43,883 bases of DNA from Folioceros fuciformis. Its lineage: Eukaryota. Shown here piece by piece: positions 1 to 12,600 of the stretch; positions within the stretch are counted from its first letter, which is position 1, and each line of letters starts with the position of its first letter. The position numbers were made by a program, and so were the translations under genes. The stretch is from NCBI GenBank assembly GCA_049999805.1, contig JBNGIO010003217.1, positions 1 through 43,883 on the forward strand, read 5' to 3'. The notes beneath the pieces were generated by a model. The model was not told the DNA's origin and made no database searches. It saw only the letters and a program-made list of their open reading frames with translations.

Positions 1-78
1 CAGGACCAGGACCAGGACCAGGACCAGGACCAGGACCAGGACCAGGACCAGGACCAGGACCAGGACCAGGACCAGGAC
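1..78 (+). repeat. (CAGGAC)13 hexanucleotide repeat
   Basis: 13 perfect units counted directly; the array runs off the window edge. Confidence 0.98.
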
Positions 79-549
79 GACGCGCCCTCGACGTCGCCTT
101 GGCTGGATCAAGAGCAAGACAACGGCTTCCACCACAAGTACGGCTTCCCTTGGGACTCGCAGTGGCCGATCAATGGACACCCCATCAGGTCAGCATGCTT
201 TGCAACCAAGTACGCTCCTAGCGCGGGAAGACGACAAGGTCAGGTTCAAGGCCATGGCCAAGGCCTAGGAGCAGGAGCTGTCATATCGCCCCAAGCCTAC
301 ACAGAGCGAGACAAGGATTTCAAACATTTCCCAGCCAACCTGAGCTTGGGCGCTAAGAAGCACATCCCGCTCTGTGAAACAGCAGAGTACAGGGGCCTGG
401 TGGGAGCCACCGTTGAGAAGGCTCCTCCTACTCGAACCTTTTTCCAAAGAGTCGCCGAGCCCCACGGGCTGCCCTCCTCCTATTACCAGCTAGGAATGTC
501 AGGTTATGGAGCTGCTGCCGCCATGGGGAACTTAACCAGACTTTACTAA
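1..549 (+). CDS. 3' end of an unknown protein with a (Gln-Asp)13 tract, truncated by the window start
   Basis: Frame 1 has no stop from base 1 to TAA 547-549: (QD)13-DAPSTSPWLDQEQDNGFHHKYGFPWDSQWPING...GNLTRLY*. AT-rich UTR-like sequence follows. No family recognised. Confidence 0.55.
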   Translation, partial: QDQDQDQDQDQDQDQDQDQDQDQDQDDAPSTSPWLDQEQDNGFHHKYGFPWDSQWPINGHPIRSACFATKYAPSAGRRQGQVQGHGQGLGAGAVISPQAYTERDKDFKHFPANLSLGAKKHIPLCETAEYRGLVGATVEKAPPTRTFFQRVAEPHGLPSSYYQLGMSGYGAAAAMGNLTRLY

Positions 550-1400
550 TTGTATTGTTTCATAATCACTAACCTCTTAAGTTAACCACGGATTTGGTGA
601 GCCGGAATCTCAGGCGTATCGGAGTCAGAGGCTCCAGAGTCCGAGCCCCGCAATTGGGTCCGTATCTTGTTTCTGTCGTCCTTTGGCTATTTATGTAGTA
701 GCGTTGGACTCTTATCCTCCTTAAGGCGACAACGAGGTGAGCAGTGTGAACAGGGTTTGTGCCGGCCCAGGCTTGGGGGATACCGTGGTGCCACATATCG
801 GTCCTGTTTGCGCTGGCCCAGTTCGTCCCTTTCCGCTCGGGGCACGCAATCCTCGTCCCCTTCAATTCCATTCCATCCGTCCCCCATCCCCCCTCGCCTT
901 CGTCCTCCACCTTCCATCTCCTCTCCTCTGGATTTACCACATCCGATTCTTTTCCTTGGGCGCTTTCTCCTCCCGTTCTTCCCCTGAGGAGTATTGTGGG
1001 CAGGCTAGGACTAGAGCTATAAGGTGATCTCGTTTTGTGTGGCACTGCTGGGAGTTTCCCTAGGCTGTGGGTGCTGAAGGTGTGGATTATTCTGACCAAA
1101 ATTGGATCGGACTGCAGCGGAGACGCTAGAGTGCGCAGCCAGCTGCGTGCGCTCCTGCTCCCTGTAAATAAATTTGTTCAGGAAATTGGGATGTTTTGGT
1201 GTGGATTTGGCTCAGGAGAGGTTGCGGAGGCTAGGTGGGCGCCTTAGTGAGGTGGAAGTGGCTGTGTTTGTTGGGCGCGGGCCAAGGCTGCGACGTGGTT
1301 GGGGTCGGTGCTTGTGGTGATTCGAGCAGTAGGTGGTGGGGTGATTGGAAAAGGAAGCCATATCAGACGTTTGCGGAGCCTGTAGAGGCTAGAGGTCGTC

Positions 1401-4322
1401 ATGATGTTCGACTTTAAGGATTTCTTCGAAAAAATTGAGAATTGGTGGCCTTGGCATAAGGATGAGGCCTTCGTAAATCCAGATTTGAATCCCGTTCTGT
1501 TGATACCTGGCATCGGGGGTTCCATCCTGCAAGCTGTGACAGAGAAGGGGAAAAAGGAGCGCATCTGGGTGCGTTTGTTTGCTGCGGATCATGAGTTCAA
1601 GTCTAAGCTCTGGTCTTTCTTCAATGTCGAGACAGGTGACGAATTGTGCCTGTTTTCTCGTTTGACCTAGCTTTGCAGTATGGTTTTGATGCGACTGACT
1701 CCGAATTTGGAGCAACGTGGCCCGTTCTTCTCTTCACTGTGAGACGGGAGCGCGCTGTCACTGTTTGTAATTCTTCCATCCAGCCACAACCTCTGGCTGC
1801 GAGTTGTTTGATGTTTAGCCTGTGTTGTTTCCTCGGGATGCAGGGAGGACGGAGTCGTTGGATCCCGACAGCACAATACAAGTTCCAGACGACAGATATG
1901 GGCTCTACAGTTGTGATGTGTTGGACCCTGATGTGGTGAGTGCTTTGATCCATGTGAATTGTGTGACACGAACTCTTGCTGTAGTTTTCCTGCAAGTTGG
2001 CCCCTTCACACTGGAGCATGACATCCTTGTCCAACTGCTATGTGTGTAGTTTTTGAGACTGGAAGTCGTGTACTACTACCATGACATGATACAAAAGATG
2101 TTGGAGTGGGGTTACCAGGAGGGTACAACACTCTTTGGGTTTGGGTATGATTTCCGTCAAAGTAACAGGTACACTTAGTTGCACTGGAGGTGGTTGTGGT
2201 TGTGGCTTGCCGGCAGCAAGCGGATGCTGAAAGCGCTGCTTTATTGTAGGGTACCTGAGGTTATGGAAGGTTTGAAGGAGAAGCTGAAAGTTATGTACGA
2301 GGCATCTGGAGGGAAAAAAGTGAATATAATTGCTCATTCCATGGGTGGCGTTCTCGTGAAGTTGTTCCTCGCACTTCATAAGGAGGTGAGCAGAGAGGGG
2401 TACTTGGGTTTGATTGATGAACTCCTGCTAGTTTGCATTGGACTTGTTTGCTCTATTAAGGATGTTTTTTTCTTGTCTTGCAGGAGTTCGACAAATATGT
2501 AAATATGTGGATTGCGATTGCTGTGCCTTTTCAAGGTTCCGGGCTTTCCTGATCTCCCATTGATTCTGCGAGGACATCGAGCTACGTCAATGATTTATTT
2601 TGCTCATCAACTACGTACCTTGCTTGGCAGGTGCACCTGGGTTTATCATGGATTGTCTTCTCACTGGCGTAGAGTTTGTAAAAGGATGGCAGAGGGAACT
2701 GTTCGTCGCAAAATGGAGTATGCATCAACTGGTATATATTGTAGGGCAGGTGTTGGATTCATTTTTCAAATCTGTCTTAGTTGGGCCCTAATGGTTGCAC
2801 GTTTTGGCACTTGTATTCCTTCTGCTGCAGTTAATAGAGTGTCCATCGGTGTACGAGCTCATGGCGAATCCAGAGTTTGACTGGGAAGAACCTCCGGAGT
2901 TAAGGCTGTGGCGAAAGAGGGAAGATGAAAATGGGGTTGCGACAATTGGAAGGGAAGTGTTTGGTCCTGATGAATATGTATCCATTATGATGGGGGCTCT
3001 GAAGGACAATGTGGTACGAGCTTTTTTGGACTATCTTGCTGCTAAATGTGTAGATGTCAAGTTTTGGGTGCTGTTTGAGACAAGCATTGCGGAAGGTCCT
3101 CACGTGGTCAAGTTATGTGGCAGATGGAGTACGACGGTGAAATTTTCCCAGTACCCTTGAACAGCAACATTCTGAATCTGGCCAAAGAGACTCGCCGTAT
3201 TTTGACCACTGCACAACTGTCAGACGACATCAAGTTCTACAATATATTTGGCACCACTTTTGACACTCCGTTCCATGTCAGGTCTGTGGAAACGGGTTAT
3301 ATCTCTGTAGAGATCAACGGCTTCGATGTTTTGGAGTTGAATATGCTGAGAGACGGTTTTCTGCTGTCTTGCAGCTATGGGTTAGAAGCGAATCCAGTTT
3401 CAGACTTGTCTGATATCCTGAAGATGGAGGTATTGTAATCTGGGAGGGTGATTAGGTTCTTGTGTTGATGGCACTATTAAGAATCTTGACCAGTTCATGC
3501 TCTTGCCCGTCCAACTCATCTGAGCGCCTGTTGAATTGGGTGCAGTGGTGGAAGTTTTTCGTGTAGTGGTCTCACTCTGTGCCTTTTTTCTGTATGGCAG
3601 GCAGAATTTACGTGCGTTGAAGGTGATGGGACAGTACCTATAGAGTCTGCCATGGTGAGACTTCTAATGTGACCGGTGTGCTAGGATGTCCTTGAAATTT
3701 GAGACATGGAGCGGTATGCTGACACAATGAATACCCAGCTCGTCACTCTAACATGCAAGATGAATCTAACTTTCTATCTTGTACCCAGGCTGATGGTCTG
3801 AAGGCTGTAATGAGGGTCGGGATTCCTGGTGACCATCGTAACATTCTGAATGATGAGCGGACATTCCGGGTCCTGGAGCACTTCCTTCAAATTGGAGACT
3901 TCGATCCATTCTACAACCCTTTCATTGACTACGTCGTCCTTCCCACTAAAGCGGAGGTCGAAGAGCATAGGAAGAAGTGCATTGCTGTCCCAGTAGACCT
4001 TGACAACTGGGATGTTATATCAGAAGACAGTGAGGACTACAGGGAGATGGAAGGCGAAGTTGTGGCTACCGTGTCTTCTGGTCCCACTGGTTCTGATACA
4101 AGGGCGGAAGCTCATGCCCATGTGCACCTTCACGGTCCTCACAAAGATGGAATCCAGGATCCTCATATTGAGGTTGAAACCATCGGTATAGCAGAGGGAA
4201 GGGATGCCAAGGAGGCGGCAGCAGCTCTTGATCAGGCAATGTCAGCTGCCTCAGACGAAGCCGTGGCAGTCAACTTTCGGGGCAGGGAAAGGGCTCACAA
4301 GACGTGCCATCTCAAGAGGTGA
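1401..4322 (+). CDS. LCAT4: Lecithin:cholesterol acyltransferase-like phospholipase A (LCAT4-like), 11 exons
   Basis: Exons 1401-1635, 1844-1935, 2050-2168, 2250-2385, 2484-2535, 2631-2731, 2831-3013, 3124-3281, 3375-3429, 3601-3654, 3789-4322, all GT-AG and phase-consistent. Motifs: NPVLLIPGIGGSIL, GFGYDFRQSNR, AHSMGG (Ser), GDGTVP (Asp), PGDHR (His). The DPFYNP..DYVVLP C-terminal extension is typical of LCAT4. Confidence 0.93.
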
Positions 4323-5106
4323 ACTCTTATTGGGATCGTAGGTGGGGGGCACTTCTCGTGGGCGCTTCATGCTGGCATTCATATCGTTCATTGTTCATCA
4401 CCAATAGTAGATGATGGACACTGCGGATGTACATATATATGGCGCTACCGACACCAGCATTGAAGCGAAATACCAAGAGCTAATTGTACAGACCGTGACG
4501 CTCTTGCCACCACCTTTCAGGTATACTCGTAGGTATCTAGATATATTGTGACCTGCTTTCCCTGTTTGTCTGGGTACCCTCAGTTCTAACAGTTCACTCG
4601 ACCTCTCACTCCACAGCAGGGGACCTAGAGGTAGGTAGTGTAGGTGATCCAGAATCTAGTCACCACATGCTCGATGTACGTAATCTATGTAAGGGGTAAA
4701 TGGAGGCAGTATTAGTTCCTCCCTGGTTCGAGAATTAAACAGACGGCACTTCTCGCCTTGAGTAGTGCTCATCCTCGTGGAGAAGGAGATGATGGAGGTC
4801 CACCAAGTCAAATTGAGAGAGGTCCGTTAATACTTGTGTCTGCTTGCTTCATGACCCAGAGAGCATCAAGGTGGGCAGATGTCTCATCCATGTGCCTGTC
4901 TCCCAACTTTGACAATCTGGACATCGATAGTACACTTCTATCTGTTATTAGCCTCGAACGTTCTCCAGTGGTAATGAGATATGCGAGGTTAATGAGACGA
5001 CTTTCTCATACAGGGAAAGGAGACGGAACCATACTCCACAGTACTGTACGAACGTTCTGTGTCTTCGCATTTGGCCTGGCAATCTTGTGTTCCGCCTTAT
5101 GCTACT

Positions 5107-5240
5107 GAGCACGAGGGCGGGTGGCACATGGGCGGCCAACAATCATTGTGACTGCTGCAAGCGCATCGGGCTGCGGGTGCGTGATGCCCCCGAGCACAAG
5201 AGCAGGTGGCACACGGAAGGCCACCAATCGCTGCGTCTGC
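5107..5240. repeat. Imperfect direct repeat (~40-50 bp, 85-bp offset)
   Basis: gagcacgagggcgggtggcacatgggcggccaacaatc at 5107 versus gagcacaagagcaggtggcacacggaaggccaccaatc at 5192. Confidence 0.7.
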
Positions 5241-7851
5241 GTCTGCTCGTGGGCCCTCGCTGCAATGCTTCCCTGTATCCCTGACATCACCTGCGGCGGC
5301 ATTGGCCGAAGTACGCCAACCCCTGCGTGTGGGACGTGAATCGACCCCTGGTAAAAAGCATGGAGGTGGAGGCATACCATTGAGCAGCTAGCAACCACGA
5401 TCAACCCACTTTGCCAAGTGGCTACAATCGATTAGGAGGTATTAATATATTTTACGATTATTTTTAAGAATATATTGAAATGTAGAACGATTGTGTAAAA
5501 CATACGACAAACTACCTAAAATGTGCAAAACTGATAAAATATAGAAGCCAGAAGTAAAATCTTGTAACGTAGACCAAAAAGTAAAATTTTGTGAGCTAAT
5601 AGGGTAATAGAATAAAGAGTACCTTATCTAAAGAAATTTACTATGCAATTATATAGAATAAAAGTATACTTTTATTGTGAAGAAGCCAGCAAGGAACCAC
5701 TTCTATTGTTTCCTAGTATATGATGGCATTTGTGATATCATGTGTTTTATCACTAAGGAGACTGATTTGCTTTTCTTTTTCTTTTCTTTTTTTTTATTTT
5801 TTTTAGTATAGGTAGCCCATGTACTAAAAGCTCAACCTTGTCTAAGGACAAGAGATTGTCGCCTCCCTTTGTAGCAATACCATGAAGAAAAACAGTAGAA
5901 AGAGAAATTTTATAATTTTTTAAAAAATTATTATGAGTGTAATTGTAGAAAGAGAATGCTTTATAATATATTTTTAATAATACGATGAGTGTGATGACGT
6001 ATCCGTGCAAGCCATGCTATATGCTTTGTGGATATTTGGCAACCTTTCGGGGTGCAAGGTGAACTGGAGTAAAACCAAAATGCTTTGCTTAAATAAGGGT
6101 GAACCAAAATGCTTTGCCTAAAAATGGGCGATGACGTTCCAGCTTCTATAAGACACATTTACAGGATCCAAGGAGAGTTTATCCACAAAGCTAGAGAGAT
6201 GTAGGTTCTACAACTTAGAGACACATTGATAGGATCCAAGGAGAGCAATTCCAAAAGTACCCGGAATATCATTGGAAGAAGATGATAAAAGGTTCTATTA
6301 TTGGTAAATACATCTTCAACAAGTTTATCTGCGAAGCCAAAGGGATGTAGGTTTTGCAACTTAGCATGCCGGCTAGAATCATTCAATTTGCCAGCAACCA
6401 CATCCTTACTGAAGCCTTATAGTATAATTTACATTTTTGTGTGGACTCCTTTTGTGCAAGACATGTACAAGTTTAAAGCCTTGATTTTGCAGGTCCTCTA
6501 GAATTGCCTATGGACAAAGCTTCCAAAGCTCGTAAGGAGAATTCTGGTTAATCCTAAGTCCAAAGGTGTGGCTCAAGGTGGTGGATCCCTTTTTTAAGAC
6601 ACAATCCTTGCATGCCCTAGTCTTGGTGTCCAAGTTCACATGGAAATGTGTCTTGACCCACAAGCTCAAGAGTGTTAGACTTACGTGTTATGGAGCCCAA
6701 CATATACACATGTTAACATCTTCTCTTCGAGTCCCAAACTTGCGGGGTCTGTGGTGGCTCTCTACTTTCGAACTCCTTCTAGGCTAGCTTCAAAGGTCTT
6801 GTTGCTAACTATTTCGAAACCTCCTACTTTGATGGTGGACGCTCTTGCCCTTCCACTCAGGGGTTGTTGGGACGGTTGGCTATCTCACAAGGTGGTTGCT
6901 ATTCAAAGGTCTCAACACTTATGGAATGCAAGTTGGTAGGGTTTGGTCTTCTTGCCAGATTTTTGGAACCACAACACGAGCACTTGGAAACCAGACTGGG
7001 TCCAACATAGTCAATATCATTTGTCGAAGTGATATGCTTGTTTTATTTTGTAGTGTGTGTAGTAAGTCCTGTTGTTGCCCTGGGTCTCAACAAGACCCCA
7101 CCGGATGGGCACCATTACTTGGTCAATCCACCTCTAGTTCATGGGAAACTGCTATGTCCCTATGTTGTCTTCCTTTGTAAATTGACAAATGATGGGTGCT
7201 GCTCCCTTGACAGGTTATGCTTGATAAGAAGGGATTTCTACACATGGAACAATAGGGCATCCCCTCAAATGGCTTTGGGCTCATTGAAATCATCCTTCTC
7301 GTCGGTAATGCGGACTCTAAGCTGTTCTCTTCATGACGAGTTGCTTTGAAGCTAACAAGAATGGCCAAGAGATTTTAGGTTTTGGTGGGAAGGGTTTGCC
7401 ACCTTCTTTAGTAAATTCCACCTTGGAAATTGGAGGTGGCCACTACTAGAGAGGAATCCTAACAATATGCAAAGGTCCTTCTTTAATGTCTCCACATTGT
7501 TCCTTTACACCCGCTGGATGGCAAACTCCAAGCCAAAAGTATGTAGAAAGATGGCTTCCAAATTTTAGGTATGCTCCTCTTAGCACACTAGAATTCTCTA
7601 GAAGAGTCTAGGAGTGCTAGAAAGGCAACTATGCACTCTCTACCATATGCTCAAGACAAGCCTTCCTAAATTAGATTGATGGAATGGCCTTTTTGAGGCT
7701 GTGGAGCACCCGACCTACATTCTATGCGGCCTTGTAGCACAAACACATGAGTTAACACCTATTATACAGGTGTCTTATTTGTAGAGACGACTCGAACTTG
7801 CACCTTGTAGAGGTCCTTGTCATGTTCGAGCTCAAGACCTCTTCAGATAAG

Positions 7852-7959
7852 CCTATGCTATGCATTAATAGTGGCCCATCTTACGTGCTGCAACCATCCA
7901 CACTCCCTATGCTATGTATTAATGGTGGCCCATCTTATGTGGTGCAACGATCCACACTC
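7852..7959. repeat. Tandem duplication, 2 x 54 bp
   Basis: Copies 7852-7905 and 7906-7959 (cctatgctatg.attaat.gtggcccatctta.gtg.tgcaac.atccacactc) differ at 5 positions. Confidence 0.92.
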
Positions 7960-8889
7960 TATGGATTCACTGGACGTTGGTAATGTTCAATGGTGATGAC
8001 CTAGCTACCAGCAACAAGCTCCTTTGCCTTATTCCGGAGTCAACTAGCTACAGTGCTAGTGGCCTGCTCAAGGACAAGGTGCAGAAATTCTAGCTGGCAA
8101 ATTGGAAAAAAGTAGTCTCTAGGAGGCAGGCCTTCAATGGTGAGGAATACAACTTCCTAAAGGCAAGGCGATGGCTTCCCTTCATAATCATATATGGTGG
8201 CACTATCACTACTCGTTCCTCTTACTTGCTGGACTCCCATAATGCCCATGGAACACAATTCCGGTGTGGTTAGCCCTCCTTGTGACTCTCTTTGCTTCAC
8301 TTGTGTACAAATCTAGCTACAAGAGTTGTTGTAGCGTCCTTAGCCCCGTGTGGTCATCACTTCATTACTTCGTGGCCCATGGTTGCACTATGAGTGTCTT
8401 CTCCAACTTAGGTTCTTTCTCTTTTTCTATTTGATCATTTTTGCTTCAGGTTGTGCTTGTCTTGGCTTTGACTTTGGTTTGGGATAAGATGTAATCTTCT
8501 TGGTTTGTATAAATTGATGTGCCATTCTCCGCAAAACATAAGACAATGCAATCACAAAATAAAGAATGATATGGGACTAAATTAAGTACTATTGTAGTGA
8601 AGCATCACACCATCCACAATATCATCTTCACGCACTTTCCCATAGCATGCAGCTAAGTATTCATAACCCTCGTTTCTCAATTAAGGATCTACTAACACTT
8701 GATCTAATGTCTTTTTCCTCCTTGATTTACTAGGAGGGGGCTCCTAACATCCTTCTTTAGGGGCATTCACAAATGTAAGAAGACATGACACTGATCCACA
8801 TGTACACTAAACAACAAAATAGTACTTGTTACCTTAAAAAAGAAAGCTAACATTTCTAAACCTGGATACACTAGATCCTTTGTATGTTG

Positions 8890-8975
8890 CACTAGCTCCT
8901 CAACTTGTTCCACTCATCTAAACATCAAGTGGTACACACTAGCTCCTCCATTCTATCTAAACATCAAGTGGTACA
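8890..8975. repeat. Imperfect tandem duplication (47 and 39 bp)
   Basis: cactagctcctc...atctaaacatcaagtggtaca at 8890-8936 and 8937-8975. Confidence 0.85.
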
Positions 8976-9631
8976 AAAGAGTAGTAGAAACTTGCATGTA
9001 AGAACTTGCCTTCCTCCTAGATGTAAGAACTTGTTGAGGAATACACATGCTTTGTTATACATTGCATGGAAAGAGGGAATTACGGTGGCTCATTGCAAAG
9101 AAAGAAGGCAAGATACATCTTTGGAAAGAAAGGAGAAATGACACATGCTTTGATATTCGAGCAAGGACTTCCTTACGTTAAGATTTAGGGTAAAAGAACC
9201 TTATCATAGCCAAATGAATGGAAGAGGTCTCTTTTCTCTCCCAACATGGCTTTCTTTTGCCAATAGGCTTGCAATGAGAACGAAGGTTAACAGGAGGGAC
9301 TAGCCGCTCTTTGAGCACCAGTGGTAAGTAGACCTTTTTTATCATCTCTAACCACTTCTTCAGCACAAGTAGCAGGCAGCACAAGTAGCAGGCAACACGC
9401 GGAAAACCTGATTAGTTCTTCGGTAATATTTTATCCAAACAGTTAACAAGGTATGGTTTTATCATGGGCCTTAATTGTGAAGAAGAGGGTAAGGTAAGTG
9501 TCCAGGAAACCGAGCGCCAGGAAGTGGAGGCGTTTCGATATCCAAAATGCAGCCTTGGATGCGAACCCTGGTGGGAGCATAATGCGCGAGCTGGTCTGGT
9601 CAGCTTGCTGTAGTCCGCAGCATCGCAGGGG

Positions 9632-12600
9632 ATGGATGCCCAGAGGCGGATGGGAGAGGGGCCTCTTGGGCTGCGGACGCGCAAACAGGATGGTGGGTGC
9701 ATTTCCATGAGCTGTGCTTCGGTGCCTTTGCTGGCTTTGGTCTTCCTGCTATGGATGCCTGTGCTGGGAACATCAGCGCTCGCTCAGCAGCCCAAGAACA
9801 TTAACGTGGCGGTACGGGCCAAGTGGACAGGAACTCCTCTTCTTCTAGAGGCTGGGTGAGTACAGTGAGGCTAGTCAATTTCGTTAAATTCATCATCCCA
9901 TTGGCTGGGGGTGAAGCGAAGGTGATTAGTATTGTGGTTGAATTGGGCTCCAAGATTTGTTGCTCTGTGTGCAATTCAGGTGGTGCGGATGGCAACTTGA
10001 GTTCGTCTGCTGGTGGGTTAGCGTCCTGCTCTGGAATTAAATGCTTGGGGTTTTTGCTGCAGGGAGCTTGTAGCAAAAGAGAACGAGGAAGCTTTCTGGG
10101 ATTTTGTAAGGAAATGGGTAGGGGATGGGCAGGGATCTGGCTCTGAAACAGATGCAGAATGCGTCCATCGTATATTGAGGCACGGAAAGTCTGTCCTTGG
10201 TGATCACCTCGGGAATCTTCTGCATTTGTCCCTGGCTGTACGAGCAGCGTCTCCTAAACTCGTTCTGTTTCGGCAGCTGGCGCAAGAATCACTGTCGATC
10301 AGAGCAGGGGATAAGGATGTGCCGAAGGATGGATCAGGGGGGCCTGATGGTAATCGATGGGCTGTTGGCTCCAACCCACAGGCGCCGGACGGGGAGTGCT
10401 GCTGGGTGGATGTGGGGTCTCGTCTGGTGTTTGGTGAAGGGGATCTGTCTCACTGGCTTAAGTCGGTTGAAGACCGACCTTCTGATCACACTGTTTCTCC
10501 GGAGTTATTCGAGCTTGATCATATTTTCCCTGGTTCCGAGGGGGGAAATGTTGTGGCGGTACTGTACGGTGCTCTGGGCACGCGCTGCTTTCAGAGACTT
10601 CATGCTCTGCTATCCAAGTCTGCTGAGCAAGGTCTCGTGAAGTATGCACTGCGCCCTGTGCTGCCTTCTGGATGCGAGGCTGCCAGTGGAGCATGTGGGA
10701 CGGTGGGAGCTGGTGGAATCGTGAACCTGGGAGGTTATGGTGTGGAGCTCGCTCTTAAGAACATGGAATACACTGCCATTGATGACAGTGATCTGAAGAA
10801 GGGCGGTGATGGAACATCTGAGACCCGGGAGGAGGGTAATGCGGAAGAACAGCAGGCTGACTCGGATGGAGAGGTTGACAGCCTTAGGGATCACCTCCTG
10901 TCATCAGAAATCGCTGATCAAGTCAATGTCGAGGAGCTGAAGGACCTGGGGTTCCAGGCAGCTCAGGTCATTCTTGGAGCACCAGAGACTCTGCAGATGA
11001 TGCAAGACATCAACCAAAACCTTCCCAAGCTTGTATCCTGGCTTGCACATGCACAGCCTAACGAGACACTTAGACAAGAGATTGTGTCCAATCAGAAGCT
11101 GGTGCAAGCAGGTAAGAACCTACTTGCAATCAATGGGGCCCTTATCGGTACTGATACTGTTGATTTGTTCACTTTGCTTGATCTAATCCAAGGGGAGCTG
11201 TCCCTGGCTGACAAGATCAGGAAGCTGACGGTGCCGTCCAAGTATGTTAAGAGATTGCTTCAAATATCCGAGCCAACAGAGCAAAGTACAGTTCGTGTTG
11301 ACTTCCGCTCCCAGAAGTTTGTTCATTACTTGAATAACCTGGAGGAGGATTCTGTCTACCGGAGATGGTCAAATAATCTGAACCAGCTACTGATGCCAGT
11401 GTACCCTGGGCAGCTCCGCTATGTGCGAAAGAATCTTTATCATGCGGTTTATGTCATTGACCCAGCTTCAGCTACTGGTCTTGGATTGGTTGAAACCATA
11501 ATGATATACTACCAGAATTCTGTTCCTATGCGATTTGGTCTTATTTTAGTGGCACCAAAGGTCTTGCATAAAGTTGACCTGCAACATGGTGATGAAGAGC
11601 ATAAGGAGGGAACATCCAGCATTGACGAAGATCCTTCAAGTATGGCAATCAAGGCTTTTTTCTATTTAAAGGAGTCCTTGGGAGTTGCCTCAGCTTTTGA
11701 ATTTCTTCACGCACTGAACACCATTCGCGAGGATTATGATGACGATGAAGTCGATTACGTTTCTCTTTCTAATGTACACTCTGCCTTCTTGGACTTCCTG
11801 AAACAGTATGACAGAGCTGGTCAGGATCTTTGGAAGGATCTGCAGAGTGGGGCTCAGTATGGCGACGTGGCTTTGAAAAGCAGTCTGCATGCTCATAAAC
11901 TTGGCCTTTCCCAGATTCAGCCTTGTCTGTTGATGAATGGTTTGTTCTACGATGAAAGCCAGGTGCAGCAGGCCGCAATGTTGGCTATGAATGAGGAGCT
12001 TCCTCGGATCCAGGAAGGAGTCTACTTCGGCACCATCAATTATCGAACTGATGTACTTGACAAATTTCTCTCAGAGAACGGCCATGCTCGGTATAATCCC
12101 CAAATTCTTGGACCTGCATCTGATTCAAATAAGTATGTGTCTCTGACAGAGCCTATAACTGTAAATCAGTCAACACTGGCAAAGCTTCAGTACGTCCATT
12201 CTCCTGGTACTGAGGATGACGTGAAGCCAATCACCCACTGGCTTGCTCTTGATTTATCTAGTAGTACTGGGCGAGATCTTCTTCTAGAAGCAGCTCGCTA
12301 TCTGTCCAGGAGCCCAACTAAGTCTCGAGTTGCAGTGCTCCACAATGCTGAAAACCTCAGCCATGTGGCTGCGACACCTAAAACCATCAGCATTGTATAT
12401 GCAGCCATTAACTCCCCAACTCGTCGAGCTAAAGTGGTACCCTTCCTGGAAAGCTTCCTGGCTTCACAAGCATTGCAGGATTTTGATGAAGGCAAGCTAG
12501 ATTCTGAAGATCTTTTGAAAGAATCATCACACATTGCAATCCAGGTTGGCCTCAAGGCTGATCACATAGAGGCTTCTCTCTCTGATGCCACATATCTTGC

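Larger units (their letters stand above)
5430..9200. mobile_element. Decayed, CpG-depleted, repeat-like intergenic block (possible transposon relic, family unidentified)
   Basis: AT-richer and much poorer in CG than the flanking genes, with many TG/CA/CTAG and only short broken ORFs. Contains internal tandem duplications. No RT, integrase, transposase, LTR or TIR recognised. Confidence 0.35.

Noticed and set aside
1-78. Tandem array as a CRISPR or telomere
   Set aside because: There are no spacers and the unit is not TTTAGGG; it is a simple hexamer repeat in eukaryotic DNA.
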